From Raja brachyura (taxonomy: Eukaryota): a DNA stretch of 64,000 bases. The notes beneath the pieces were generated by a model. The model ran no database searches. It saw nothing but the letters and a program-made list of their open reading frames with translations, and was not told where the DNA came from. The stretch is taken from the NCBI GenBank assembly GCA_963514005.1, contig OY740807.1, positions 1,922,001 through 1,986,000 on the forward strand. The letters are read 5' to 3'. Below, piece by piece: positions 1-12,774 of the stretch; the first letter of the stretch is position 1, and every line of letters starts with the position of its first letter. The position numbers were made by a program, and so were the translations under genes.

Positions 1-480
1 GGAAGGGCTGAGTGAACCAAGGAGCTGCGGATGGAGGGGGGTTTGTAGAGCAGCACCTCATATTCCATGAGTATTCCACTTCCACTTCCATATTCCACTT
101 GTCATATTCCACTTCCTCCGGTTCACATTTTGCACATCTTCTTTTCTTATCTCACATCCTTTTCTCTTCTTCCCACATCTGGTCTTCATCCACCCATCTG
201 CTAATCAAAGCACCCCTCACCTGTATCACTCGCAAGGCTTTGTCCCGTCCCACGACCTCTGTTGGTCTGGCAGAATGGATAATTTAGAAAGGCTCTGGAA
301 TAAGGATGCCGGAAGATTGGTGGACTGTATTATGTTCTGCTTTGCTCTCCTTGCTATAGGAGCAATATCATTAAACTCTAAATGGTACAGAAAAGATTTA
401 TAAGGATTCAGCCAGGAATCTAGAGAATAAATTGTAAGGCGAGGTTGGGAAGGCGAGGAATTTATTTGTTGGAGCATGTC

Positions 481-1679
481 AGACTTTCGACAAGGCTTTC
501 GACAAGGTCCCGCATAAGAGATTAGCATACAAACTTAAAGCACACGGTATTGGGGGTTCAGTATTGATGTGGATAGAGAACTGGCTAGCAGACAGGAGGC
601 AAAGGGTAGGAGTAAACGGGTCCTTTTCAGAATGGCAGGCAGTGACTAGTGGGGTGCCGCAAGGCTCAGTGCTGGGACCCCAGCTATTTACAATATATAT
701 TAATGATTTGCACGAGGGAATTCAATGCAACATCTCCAAATTTGCAGATGATACCAAGCTGGGGGGTATAGTTAGGTGTGAGGAGGATGCTTGGAGGCTG
801 CAGGGTGATTTGGATAGGCTGAGTGAATGGGCAGATGCATGGCAGATGCAGTACAATGTGGATAAATGTGAGGTTATCCACTTTGGTGGCAAAAACATGA
901 GGGTAGATTATTATCTGAATGGTGGCAGATTAGGTAAGGGGGAGATGCAACGAGACCTGGGTGTCATGGTACACCAGTCATTGAAAGTAGGCATGCAGGT
1001 GCAGCAGGCAGTGAAGAAAGCAAATGGTATGTTAGCATTCATAGCGAAAGGATTTGAGTATAGGAGCAGGGAGGTTCTACTGCAGTTGTACAGGGTTTTG
1101 GTGAGGCCACACCTGGAGTACTGCGTACAGTTTTGGTCTCCAAATCTGAGGAAAGACATCCTTGCCATAGAGGGGGTACAGAGAAGATTCACCAGACTGA
1201 TTCCTGGGATGTCAGGACTTTCATATGAGGAAAGATTGGATAGACTCGGTTTGTACTCGATGGAATTTAGAAGATTGAGGGGGGATCTTATAGAAACCTA
1301 CAAAATTCTTAAGGGGTTGGACAAGCTAGATGCTGGAAGATTGTTCCCGATGTTGGGGGAGTCCAGAACAAGGGGTCACAGTCTAAGGATAAGGGGGAAT
1401 TCCTTTAGGACCGAAATGAGGAAAACATTCTTTACACAGAGAGTGGTGAGTCTCTGGAATTCTCTGCCACAGAAGGTAGTTGAGGCCAGTTCATTGGCTA
1501 TATTTAAGAGGGCGTTAGATGTGGCACTTGTGGCTAAAGGGATCAGGGGGTATGGAGAGAAGGCAGGTACGGGATACTGAGTTGGATGATCAGCCATGAT
1601 CACATTGAATGGTGGTGCAGGCTCGAAGGGCCGAATGGCCTACTCCTGCACCTATTTTCTATGTTTCTATGTTTCTATG
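481..1679 (+). mobile_element. CR1 LINE family A, 5'-truncated, open RT C-terminal frame (564-1580)
   Basis: GVPQGSVLGP, FADDTK and RPHLEYCVQFWSP motifs. 3' UTR ends in (TTTCTATG)n. Inserted into an older CR1 remnant (about 320-480 and 1680-2045). Confidence 0.95.
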
Positions 1680-2370
1680 ACTGACGCATAATCTAACGGT
1701 GTTATGTAAAATCACTAATGGCATAGTGTCCCAGGGTAGAGGAATCATCAACTAATGCGCATCGGTTTAAAGTGCAACAGGAAAAATTTTAAATGAAATT
1801 GAGCACTGTTTTTGCACGCAGAGGGTTGTGGACATAAGGAACAAATATGACCACAGAACTTCCAGAGGAAGTAGTTGAGGCAGGTACAATAAAAGCATTT
1901 AAAAGAGACTTGGACAGGTATATAGGTAAGAAAGGTTTGGAGGGTATGGGGCAAAAATGAGTAAATTGGACTAGTTTAAATGGGACATATTGGTCGGCTT
2001 GAATGAATTGGGCTGAAGGGCCTGTTTTCGTGCTGCATGACTATGCCATAGCCACAGAGGAGAGTCATTTATTGAATAGGTACAGCACAGAAACGGAACT
2101 TGCTATGTAATAGCCAGACTACAAACTCCCTCTGCCACACCCTACACACACCCCAACTCAACAACTCATCCCATCCTCATCCCAACAATTCCGTTCATCC
2201 CACCCACCTATATCTCTTCCATTGGCTTCACATTTCACGCATCTTCTCTCCTATCTCACAGCCTTTTGCCTTCTTCGCATCTCTGGTCTTTGTCCACACA
2301 TGTGCCAATTAAAATCCCCTCACCTGTATCACTCGCAAGGCTTTGTCCTTCACCTCCCCACAACAATAGG

Positions 2371-2495
2371 TCTGGGGAAGGGTCCCGAGCCAAAACGTCA
2401 CCTATCCATGTTCTCCAGTGATGCTGCTTACCCACTGTGTTGGCAGTACTTTGTGTGGATTTATTATAAAGCCGCATCTGCAGTCCCTTGTGTCT
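2371..2495 (+). mobile_element. Degenerate Penelope-type terminal repeat with decayed hammerhead motif
   Basis: tctggggaagggtcccgagccaaaacgtcacctatcc...gcatctgcagtcc is homologous to the element ends at 23401 and 52621. Confidence 0.65.
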
Positions 2496-2744
2496 AAATA
2501 TATGTCCAAATGAAATCGTAATTGAACTGCTTCTATAGATTCCACTGGTATTTCTTACGTGGGAACTCATCCAATGCAATTCAAAAATCCAACTGCAGCA
2601 ACTCACCCACCAACCCACATATTTTGGGGACTTATGGGGAAACCGAGGTACCCAGTGCAGACCCCCGTGGTCACAGGCAGATCTTGCAAACTCCACATGG
2701 ACAGCAGCAGTGGTCAGGATTGAAGCGATTGGCTGGTGCTGGTG

Positions 2745-4625
2745 AGGGCAGGAACAGGGAGATAAGGGATCTGAATGTTTGGCTGAGGAGCTGGTAAGGG
2801 ATTTAGATTCTTATATCACTGGGTTATGTATTTTGGGTTAAGGGTGAATTGTACAAAAGGGACGGGTTGTACCCTAATAGGCGGGGGACCAGCATTCTGG
2901 CAGGAAGGTTTGCCACTGGTGGGTATAAACTAAATAGTGGGAGGTAGGAGACAAATTGGAAATACAAGGATGGAGTTAAAGGGAAAGAGAGTATAGGAAA
3001 AGTTAAGAAAGTCACCAGGAAGACACGAGAATTAATGGGGCAGAAAGATCATGATGGGATAGGAGAGCATGGCCAAGTGAAATCGGAATCGATGTGAAAG
3101 GTGAGGTGAGTAATGGATTGGGGTGGAAGATTGCAACCTTCACGTGGTCCGCCCTGTTTCGACGAATGCAATCAACCCGGCCTGAACAATCAAATAAGAT
3201 CAAAGAGAACATGTTGTCCTACAACTTTAGGCTGTGCACGCCACACGCAAGAATAAGAAGAAGTAATGGATTAAATGTATTGTTTATGAATGCACGACGT
3301 GTAAGAAGTAAAGTGGATGAGCTTGAGGCCCAGTTGGTAGATATGACATTGTGGGGGTTACAGAGTAATGGCTGCAGGAAGATCTGGACTGGGAATTGAA
3401 TATTCAGGGTTATACGTCCTATAGAAAGGATAGGCAGGTGGGCAGAAGAGGTGGGGTAGCTCTATTGGTGAAGGATGAAATTCACTCCCTTGCGAAGGGT
3501 GACATAGGAACTGACGATGTAGAATCGCTGTGGATAGAATTGAGGAATTGTAAAGGTAAGAAGGCACTAATGGGAGTTATCCACAGCCCCCTGAACAGTA
3601 GCCTGGACAGGAGTTTAAATGGCATTTAACAAAGGTAATGCCCACTGTGGTTATGGGAGATTTCAATATGCAGGTAGACTGGGAAAATCAGTTGCTTCTT
3701 GTCCCCAAGAAAGGGAGTTTGTGGATTGCCTCTGAGATGGATTCTTAGAGCGACTTGTACTGGAGCCCACCAGAGAGAAGGCAATTCTAGATTTAGTGTT
3801 GTCTAATGAACCAGATTTAATAAGGAAACTCAAGGTAAAGGAACCACTAGGAGGTAGTGTCCATAATATGATAAGCTTTAATCTGCAATTTGAGAGGGAG
3901 GTTGAAACAGAAGTGTCAGTGTTGCAGTTGAACAAAGGGAACTAAAAATGCATGAGAGAGGAGCTGGCCAAGGTTGACTGGAAAAGGATCCAGAATGACG
4001 GAGGAACTACAATGGCAGGAATTTCTGGGCATAATCCAGAAGATGCAGGATGTTATCCCACTTTTCAAGAAAGGAACGAGAGAGTAAATGGGGAATTATA
4101 GATGAGTCAGCCTGACATCGGTGGTGGGGAAGATGCTGGAGTCAATTATGAAATAAGTAATAATGGCGTATTTGGATAGCAGTAAAAGGATTGGTCCAAG
4201 TCAGCATGGATTTTTGAAGGGGAAATCCTGCTTGATTAATCTTCTGAAATCTCGTGTACCTGGACATTCAGAAAGCCTTTGATAAGGTCCCACACAGGAG
4301 ATTAGTGGGCAGAATTAGAGCACATGGTATTGGGGATAGGGTGTGACATGGATAGAGAGTTGGTTGGCAGACAGGAAACAAAGAGTAGTAATAAACGGGT
4401 CCCTGTCAGATTGGCAGACAGTGGCGAATGGAGTGGCGCAAGGCTCGGTGCTGGCGCCGCAAGTATTTACAATATATATTAATGATTTAGATGATGAGAT
4501 TAAAAGTAACATTCGCAAATTTGCAGATGACACAAAGCGGGTGGCAGTGTGAACCGCAAAGAGGATGCTAGGAGTTTGCATGGTGACTTGGACAGGTTGA
4601 GTGAGTGGGCAGATGCAGTATAACA
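2745..4625 (+). mobile_element. Degenerate CR1 LINE (ORF1 end, APE endonuclease, deleted RT)
   Basis: Fragments MNARRVRSKVDEL, GGGVALLVK, GDFN and AQGSVLAP...FADDTK, with many stops and internal deletions. Confidence 0.85.
3120..3261 (+). mobile_element. 142-bp unclassified retroposon 3' end with (AAG)n-like tail
   Basis: Flanked by an 11-bp TSD AGTAATGGATT (3109-3119 and 3262-3272) inside the CR1. Ends caagaataagaaga. Confidence 0.75.
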
Positions 4626-4880
4626 TGGCCGTCCAAAGCAAAGATTATAGAGGAGCAATCTTTGATTTGTACTCCACACATTGAGGTCGATGCCTCGTCT
4701 CTACTCCAGGTAAGTAGAATATTGCGTTGCAGGCGTCGGAGTCGGACGGAGCCTCGCCAATGGCCAGCCTGGTGACCAGGAGACCGTTCTCCCGTCGCCA
4801 GGCGGGAGCGGCTGAATCTGAACCCAGCGGCTGCGGCGGGGCCCGCTCCCCTCGCCGCCGGGGCCCAAGCCGTCTACCGC

Positions 4881-5022
4881 CCACGCCACCCCCGCTGGGC
4901 CCACGCCACCCCCGCTGGGCCCACGCCACCCCCGCTTGGCTCACGCCACCCCCGCTGGACCCCCGCTTGGCTCACGCCACCCCCGCTGGACCCCCGCTTG
5001 GCTCACGCCACCCCCGCTGGAC
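4881..5022. repeat. GC-rich minisatellite (20-bp and 31-bp units, core CACGCCACCCCCGCT)
   Basis: Six tandem cores are directly visible. Confidence 0.85.
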
Positions 5023-5051
5023 CCTCGCTGACTCTCTCCCCTCTTTTTTAG

Positions 5052-5147
5052 AAGGTACACAAAAATGCTGGAGAAACTCAGCGGGTGCAGCAGCATCTAT
5101 GAAGCGAATGAAATAGACAACGTTTCGGCCGAAACCCTTCTTCAGAC
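5052..5147 (-). mobile_element. Penelope terminal-repeat unit with minimal hammerhead core (5119-5145)
   Basis: Reverse complement reads CTGAAGA-AGGGTTTCGGCC-GAAA-CGTT followed by the family tail. Confidence 0.75.
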
Positions 5148-6078
5148 ACTTTCTCTTTTTTATCTCTTTTTTAGACACTTGCGGATATAGTTGAGTCTCC
5201 AAGTGACCAAATCTCCCTTTGTCCTGAACTTGGTCCGCATAAGGTAAGAAGGGGGAGAGAGGAGGAGAGAGGGAGTTAGGGGTGGAGAGAGGGGGGGGAG
5301 AGTGAGAGGGAGGGAAGAGAGATATGGGCAGGGAAGTGGCAAGAGAGAGCGAGAGAAGGGGCAAGAGGGGAGAGGTGAGGGGATGAGAGAGAGGGGGGGA
5401 GAGAATGAGAGGGGGAGAGTGTTAGCGTGCTCTCTCCACCCCCTTATCTCTCCCCATCCCTACCTCTCCCCCCCCCTCCCTCCCGCTCCCCCCCCCCCTC
5501 CACTCGACCTTGCCCATGCCAACCCAGTTGACATTTATTGGTTGGCCTAAATTTGCCGATATTTGGGCCAAATCCTCTCTCATTTCTCCAGTACACATTC
5601 CTGTCCATAAAACCCAGCTAGTAGTGGAGTCGTACAGCGTGGAACAGGCCCTTCAGCCCAACTTGCCCACGCTGGCGAACATGCACCATCTACACTAGTC
5701 CCACCTGCCCGCGTTTAGGATTTGAAATCCTTCTCAAAATCCACTCTCCCCTCCCTCTCCCCATCTCCCCCCTCCCTCTCCCCTCTCTCTAACACAATAC
5801 TAACCGTCCGCCCTCCTCTCTCCCTCTCCCTATCTCTCTCACTCTCACTCTCCCTCGCTCTCTCACAATACTGATACAGGTCTTGACCTGAAATGTCACC
5901 CATTCCTTCTCTCCAGAGATGCTACCTGTTCCACTGAGTTACTCCAGCTTCTTGTGTCTATCTTCGAGGAAACAATTCTCCGTTTCACACTCTCTCCCTT
6001 TCACTCTCTCCTGGAGGGAGGGCAGGCGTTCAAACTGGAACAAAAATACAACAACAATCCCATCTAACGCTGGAAGAT

Positions 6079-6214
6079 CAGGGCCGGATTTACGTATAAG
6101 CTTCACAAGCTGAAGCTTAGGGCCTCGAGATCTAGGAGGGCCTCGGCAGGGCAGGATTTACCTATAGGCTTCATAGGCTGAAGCCTCGGGCCTCAAAATC
6201 TAGGGGGCCTCCGG
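6079..6214 (+). repeat. Tandem 68-bp duplication starting CAGGGC(C/A)GGATTTAC, resembling a hAT-type transposon end
   Basis: Units start at 6079 and 6147. The partner TIR was not found; the element is cut by a CR1 fragment at about 6340. Confidence 0.5.
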
Positions 6215-6580
6215 CCAAGGTGTTTTTTTCCCAGAGTAAAAAAAATCCAGCAAAAAATACTGCGCAGTTCGGGGAAAGCGGTGACGCAGTTGCGACGCAA
6301 AATGACGCTGTCTCCCCGCGCATGCGCAGTGGGCCCGGGCAGGACTGTCATATGAGGAAAGGTTGGAAAGACTGGGCTTGTACTCACTGGAATTTAGAAA
6401 GATAAGTGAGGATCTTATAGAAAGATAAACAGTTATGAAAGGACTGGGCAAGCAAGCTGCAGGAAAAATGGTCCCAATGTTGGGGGAGTCCAGAACCAGG
6501 GGCCACAGTCTAAGAATAAAGGGGAGGTAATTGAAAACTGAGATAAGAAAACACTTTTTCACCCATAGAGTTGTGTTTCT

Positions 6581-7313
6581 TTTTTTAAAATTTTTATTTT
6601 TTAATATTTTTATTAGAAGCATATACATATCATAACTAAAACACAATTCGTTTACCAGTTACATATTAACACAGCTTCTGTTTTTTTTAATAGATTTTTT
6701 TGAAAGAGAGCTACAGAGAGAAGGGAGGGAGAAAAAATAAAAAATAAATAAATGACCAATAACACAATTTTGGAGATAGGTCCGTAGATTATAAAGTGTA
6801 ATTATTCATCCAATCCTGGATTCAGGTTTCAGTCAAGTTTCCGTGTTGAACTAATTTACCCTTTCAGAAAATCAATAAATGGAGACCATATTCTAGCAAA
6901 TAATTCTGATTTGTCAATTAAGACAAGTCTAATTTTATCCAAATGTAGGGTCTCAGACATTCCGATAATCCACATTTTAATTGTGGGGGTTTTGTGTTTT
7001 TCCAAAATTTTAATATTAATTATTCCCCAATTATTATACTATAATCAAGGAAATGTCTTTAGTTTATTGTAAGTTTTATGCTTTGTTCTGATAGTCCTAA
7101 TATTATTAGTTTTGGATCAGGATCCAATTGGATATTAACAAACCAGAAATAATTTTAAAAATATTCATCCAGAAATTTTTAATTTTTGTACAGTTTACAA
7201 AAGTACGAGTTAAATTAGCTTCTAAATATTGACATTTGTCACAGATAGGAGAGATATTTAGAAGAATTCTGTTTAATTTTGTTTTAGAATGTTGTGTTTT
7301 GTTTTAGAACGTT
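6581..7313 (-). mobile_element. L1-clade LINE, 5'-truncated 3' end
   Basis: T-rich tail at the left end and a 15-bp TSD TAGAGTTGTGTTTCT (6566-6580 and 7314-7328). Minus strand reads SPICDKC...C..IKNFW and ...IWSPFIDF, matching the L1 ORF2 C-terminus. Confidence 0.85.
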
Positions 7314-8052
7314 TAGAGTTGTGTTTCTATGGCTCAGGCACTCAACTATTGGCAACATCCTCGTAAATCTTCTCTGCATTATTTTGAGCTTAATGACATC
7401 CTTCTTATACCAGGGTGACCAAAACTGAACTCAATACTCTAAATATGGACTCACCAACGCCTTATACAACTGTAACATAACATCCCAATCTCTAAATACC
7501 CTGACTGATGAAAGCCAATGTACCAAGAGCCTTCTTGACACCCTGTCCACCTGTGACACCACTTTCAGGGAGGTTTGTACCTGCGCTTCTAGATCCCTCT
7601 GCTCTCCATCACTCCCCAAGGCCCAGCCATTCACATATTTATCTCCATTAGCTTTTCTTCAGCCCACATGCCCTGCTGATCAAATCCTGCTGTCATTTTT
7701 GATAACTATATTCGCTATCTACAATACCACCCACTTCAGTGTCATGAATGGAAATTTCCCAACAGTATCTACTCTGGAGAAGGGCATGGAGGTTAAGCAG
7801 TTGAAGGAAATGAAGAGTAAAGTATATGAACAAATCCACATATCACAAGCGGATAGACTGACATCAAAAGAGGAGGTTAAACCTTAAAGCATATTAAGGT
7901 TGATAAATCCCTGGGGTTTGATCAAATGTATCCACGAATATTGTGGGAATTAAGATCAGAAATTACAGGGGCCCTGGCAGATATATTTCCAGTATCTTTA
8001 GCCACAGGAGGTATGGAAAGAGGATAGCTCATGTTGTACTGTTATTTAAGAA

Positions 8053-8736
8053 TTTAGTTCCCTGAAGGTGGAATCGCATGTAGATAGTCTGTTGGTGTGC
8101 TGGACTTTATAAATCAGAGCATTGAATATAGGAGTAGGGAAGTAATGTTAAAATTGTACAAGGCATTGGTGAGACCAATTCTGGAGTATGGTGTACAATT
8201 TTGGTTGCCTAATTATAGAAAGGATGTCAACAAAATAGCGAGAGTACAGAGGAGATTTACTAGAAGGTTGCCTGGGTTCCATCAACTAAGTTACAGAGAA
8301 AGGTTGAACAAGTTAGGTCTTTATTCTTTGGAGCGCAGAAGGTTAAGGGGGGACTTGATTGAGGTCTTTAAAATGATGAAAGGGATAGACAGAGTTGACG
8401 TGGATAAGCTTTTCCCATTAAGGGTAGGGAAGATTCAAACAAGAGGGCATGACTTGAGAATTAAGGGACAGAAGTTTAGGGGTAACATGAGGGGGAACTT
8501 CTTAACTCAGAGAGTGGTGGCTGTGTGGAATGAGCTTCCAGCAGAAGTGGTGGAGGCAGGATCGATTTTAACATTTTAAAGTAAAGTGGATCGGTATATG
8601 GACGGGAAGGGAATGGAGGGGTTTGGTCTGAGTGCAGATAGATGGGACTAGGGGAAAATAAATGTTTGACACAGACTGGAAGGGCCGAGAGTGCCTGTTT
8701 CTGTGCTGTAATTGTTATATGGTTATATGGTTATAT
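8053..8736 (+). mobile_element. CR1 LINE family B 3' fragment nested in an older CR1
   Basis: RPILEYGVQFW motif and (GGTTATAT)n tail. The host frame VLLFK|NSCKSKPGNYKPV resumes after it, with TAAGAA duplicated. Confidence 0.9.
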
Positions 8737-8793
8737 AAGAACAGCTGCAAGAGCAAGCCAGGAAATTACAAGCCAGTGAGACTTACATCAGTG

Positions 8794-9195
8794 GTAGACA
8801 AAAGTGCTGGAGAAACTCAGTGGGTGCAGCAGCATATATGGAGCGAAGGAAATAGGCAATGTTTCGGGCTGAAACCCTTTTTCAGACTGATGGAGGATGG
8901 GGGGGAGAGCGGGGAGAAGAAAGGAAAAAGGAGGAGGAGGGGCCCGAGGGCTGAGGGAGTGCTAGGAAGGGGAGTAGACAGCAAGGGCTAATGGAATTGG
9001 GAGAATTCAATGTTCAGGCCACCGGGATGCAGACTGCCCAAGCGGAATATGAGGTGCTGTTCCTCCAATTTCCAGTGTTGCTCACTCTGGCCATGGAGGA
9101 GGCCCAGGACAGAGAGGTCGGATACGGAATTAGAGGGGGAGTTGAAGTGCTGAGCCACCGGGAGATCAGGTTGGATAATGCGGACTGAGCGGAGG
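8794..9195 (-). mobile_element. Penelope-like element 3' fragment (GIY-YIG end plus terminal repeat)
   Basis: VAQHFNS...KLEEQHLIFRLGSLHPGGLNIEF followed by a hammerhead-like unit with a mutated core. Confidence 0.9.
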
Positions 9196-11049
9196 TCAAT
9201 TGTGGGAAAGGTAGGAATGGTGGGAATGTTATTGGTCAATGGTGGGAAATTTATTGGAGAGGGACAATACCAACCAAAGCAGTCACAGACTGCAAGACTT
9301 GGTTGGTCAGGCAGATAATGTTTAATGCACAGATATGTAAGGTGAGGCACCTTGGTAGAAAGGAACGGAAGGGAAACAAGGTGACAAAAGGTCACAGATC
9401 TACAGGTTGTGCGGGAACATGGGAGCTGAGTATTCCTCTGTATCCATATCGGAGAGTGGCAGGGCATGTGGAATGAGTGGGGAATAAAATACATTGCATC
9501 CTTGGATTGTTAAACAGAGGTCTGAGACAGAAGCAGGGAGGGTGTGGAGCATTCTAACACAATGGCGGGCCACAGCTGGAGTGTAACCATTTCGGCTCTC
9601 TCACGTCAGGCCTAATGTAAACACAGCTGTGCTTACAAACCTGTTGTATTTACAAGTAAGATTGTCATTGTTCCGTTTCAATACATATGATAACAAAACA
9701 CTTTGACATCCCTGGAATCATTTCCGGGAATATTCTTTACCCCCCTCTGGGAAGTCCACAGCCTTTCTGGAGTGAGAATCTGTCATTATGTACTAAGCAA
9801 GTGTGTACCACTGGTACAGTTCTGTGGCTGTGCGAGTATTTGTGCACTTGTCCTGTCACAGAATGACCAGTAATGACAGAGTACCCAGTAATGGCTTGAG
9901 AAATTCAAACCAGTTTTCTGTGAACCTTATAATAACCAGGGTGGACAACGTTAGTTTCTTTTAAAAAAGGCCAAACTTCTGTACACTGGCACTGGATTAC
10001 ATGCACGCCGAGCTGCTAGAGCACAGCACTGGCCAGTGAGAATGCAGACCAATATAACACTCAGCTCTCTAATATAAGGACAGAGATTAACACTACACAA
10101 CACTTATGATCCAGAGCTGGACAATTCCATCACTGCACTGAAACTCTGTCCGACAAACATCATTGGCACTGTACTGCAAGGACACACACCTTTACAACAA
10201 CCAACACTGTCTATAAGGGCATAGATTGTAACAAGAGCAGTCGGATAAATAAGTGATTAAAAAACTGTAAACACTGAAAACCTAAATTAAAAACAGAAGG
10301 TAGTGGAAATTCTCAGCTGGTCAGCCAGCAGCATTTTCTGGTTTTACTTTAATACATGCACAGCCGCAGAACTGTAGCAGTGGAACACACTTGCTTTGTA
10401 CACAATAATACTCACTGTAAATTATCTGCCATTGTGTGTGTACCAATCAAATCTGTCCAACTGATAGAGTTCTGTGGTTGTCCATGTATTTGTGCCTTCA
10501 CATACTTATAGTGAACTGACAGGAAACAATAACACAGTCGCTAGACTGTTCTGCAAGGCCACATGCTAGGAAAATACAAAACTGTATACGCCAAGGACAC
10601 TGAGCTGGTGCAACAAGGCACCATAATGTCAGGACACAGATTCCAACAACCCCAGTGCTGCTCTGCAGGACCACACATTCTCAGCACCGACCCTTTTTCT
10701 GCACAGGTGAATGTCTGATATTTTCTACCCTGCTGTGGACTAGATCATTGGAGAGATTTAAACTGAGAAATAAGTCATAGAGTGATACAGTGTGGAAACA
10801 GGGCCTTCAGCTGAACTTGCCAACAGCGACCAACATGTCCCAGCTACATTAGTCCCACTTGCCTACGCTTAGTCCATATCCCTCCAAACTTGTCCTATCT
10901 ATGTACCTGTCTAACTGTTTCTTAAACGTTTGGATAGTCCCAGCCTCAACACCCTCCTCTGGCAGCTTGTTCCATAAACCCACCACCCTTTGTGTGAAAT
11001 AGTAAATCCTTAGATTCCTATTCATCTTTTCCCCTTCACCTTGAACCTA

Positions 11050-12774
11050 CAGTGGCTTGCAAAAGTTTTCATACCCCTTGAACTTTTCCACATTTTGTCA
11101 CGTTACAACAACAAACGTAAATGTATTTTATTGGGATTTGATGTGATAGACCAACACAAAGTGGTGCATAATTGTGAAGTGGAAGGAAAATGATACATGG
11201 TTTCCAAATTTTATTACAAATAAAAAACTGAAAAGTGCGGCGAACAAAAGTATTCTGCCCCCCTGAGTCAATACTTTGTAGAACCACCTTTCGCTGCAAT
11301 TAGAGCTGCAAGTCTTTTGGGGGTATGTCTCTACCAGCATTGCACATCTAGAGACTGACATTTTTGCCCATTCTTCTTTGCAAAATAGCTCAAGCTCAGT
11401 CCGATTGGATGGAGAGTGTCTGTGAACAGCAATTTTCAAGTCTTGCCAGAAATTCTCAATTGGATTTAGGTCTGTACTTTGAGTGGGCCATTCTAACACA
11501 TGAATATGCTTTGATCTAAACCATTCCATTGTAGCTCTGGCTGTGTGTTTAGGGTCATTGTCCTACTGGAAGGTGAACCTCCACCCCAGTCTCAAGTCTT
11601 TTGCAGACTCTAACAGGTTTTCTTCCAAGATTGCCCTGTATTTGGCTCCATTCATCTTCCCATTAACTCTGACCAGCTTCCCTGTCCCTGCTGAAGAAAA
11701 GCATCCCCACAGCATGATGCTGACTCCACCATGTTTCACAGAGGGGATGGTGTGTTCAGGGTGATGTGCAGTGTTCGTTTTCCGCCACACATAGCGTTTT
11801 GCATTTAGGCCAAAATCTTCAATTTTGGCCACATCAGACCAGAGCACCTTCCTCCACATGTTTGCTGTGTCCCCCACATGGCTTGTGGCAAACTGCAAAC
11901 GGGACTTCTTATGGCTTTGTTTCAACAATGGCTTTCTTCTTGCCACTCTTCCATAAAGGCCCGATTTGTAGAGTGCACGACTAATAGTTGTCCTGTGGAC
12001 AGATTCTCCCACCTGAGCTGTGGATCTCTGCAGCTCCTCCAGAGTTACCATGGGCCTCTTGGCTGCTTCTCTGATCAATGCTCTCCTTGTCCGGCCTGTC
12101 AGTTTAGGTGGACGGCCATGTCTTGGTAGGTTTGCAGTTGTGCCATACTCTTTCCATTTTCGGATGTCGGATTGAACAGTGCTCCGTGAGATGTTCAAAG
12201 CTTGGGATATTTTTTTATAACCTAACCCTGCTTTAAAGTTCTCTACAACTTTATCCCTGACCTGTCTGGTGTGTTCCTTGGGCTTCATGATGCTGTTTGT
12301 TCACTAATGTTCTCTAACAAACCTCTGAGGCCTTCACAGAACAGTTGTATTTGTACTGAGATTAGATTACATAGCAACATAGAAACATAAAAAATAGGTG
12401 CAGGAGTAGGCCCTTCAGCCCTTCGAGCCTGCACCGCCATTCAATATGTTCATGGCTGATTATCCAACTCAGATTACACACAAGTGGACTCTATTTACTA
12501 ATTAAGTGACTTCTGAAGACAATTGGGTGCACTGGATTTTATTTAGGGGTATCAGAGTAAAGGGGGCTGAAACCTTTTGCACGCCACACTTTTCAGTTTT
12601 TTATTTGTAAACAAATTTGAAAACCATGTATCATTTTCCTTCCACTTCACAATTATGTGCCACTTTGTGTTGGTCTATCACGTAAAATCCCAATAAAATA
12701 CACTTACGTTTGTGGTTGTAACGTGACAAAATGTGGAAAAGTTCAAGAGGTATGAAAACTTTTGCTAGCCACTG
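11050..12774 (-). mobile_element. Tc1-family (IR-DR type) DNA transposon, full length
   Basis: TA TSD on both sides. TIRs of about 213 bp begin CAGTGGCT and carry outer and inner direct repeats (CAAAAGTTTTCATACCCC / CAAAAGTATTCTGCCCCC). Contains an antisense CR1-A tail of about 100 bp (12372-12470, AGATTACA duplicated). Confidence 0.96.
11268..12288 (-). pseudogene. Tc1 DD34E transposase, inactivated
   Basis: Paired-like HTH, GRPPKL, WSD, QxDNDPKH and DLNPIE motifs. A premature TAG at 11563-11565 is CAG in the second copy, and there is a +1 frameshift in the G run near 11320. Confidence 0.92.

Noticed and set aside
4881-5022. CRISPR-like array
   Set aside because: Contiguous tandem units without unique spacers, in eukaryotic context.
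4645-5550. GC-rich ORFs of 60-130 aa
   Set aside because: Read-through of the minisatellite, Penelope terminus and GA-rich tract; no domain.
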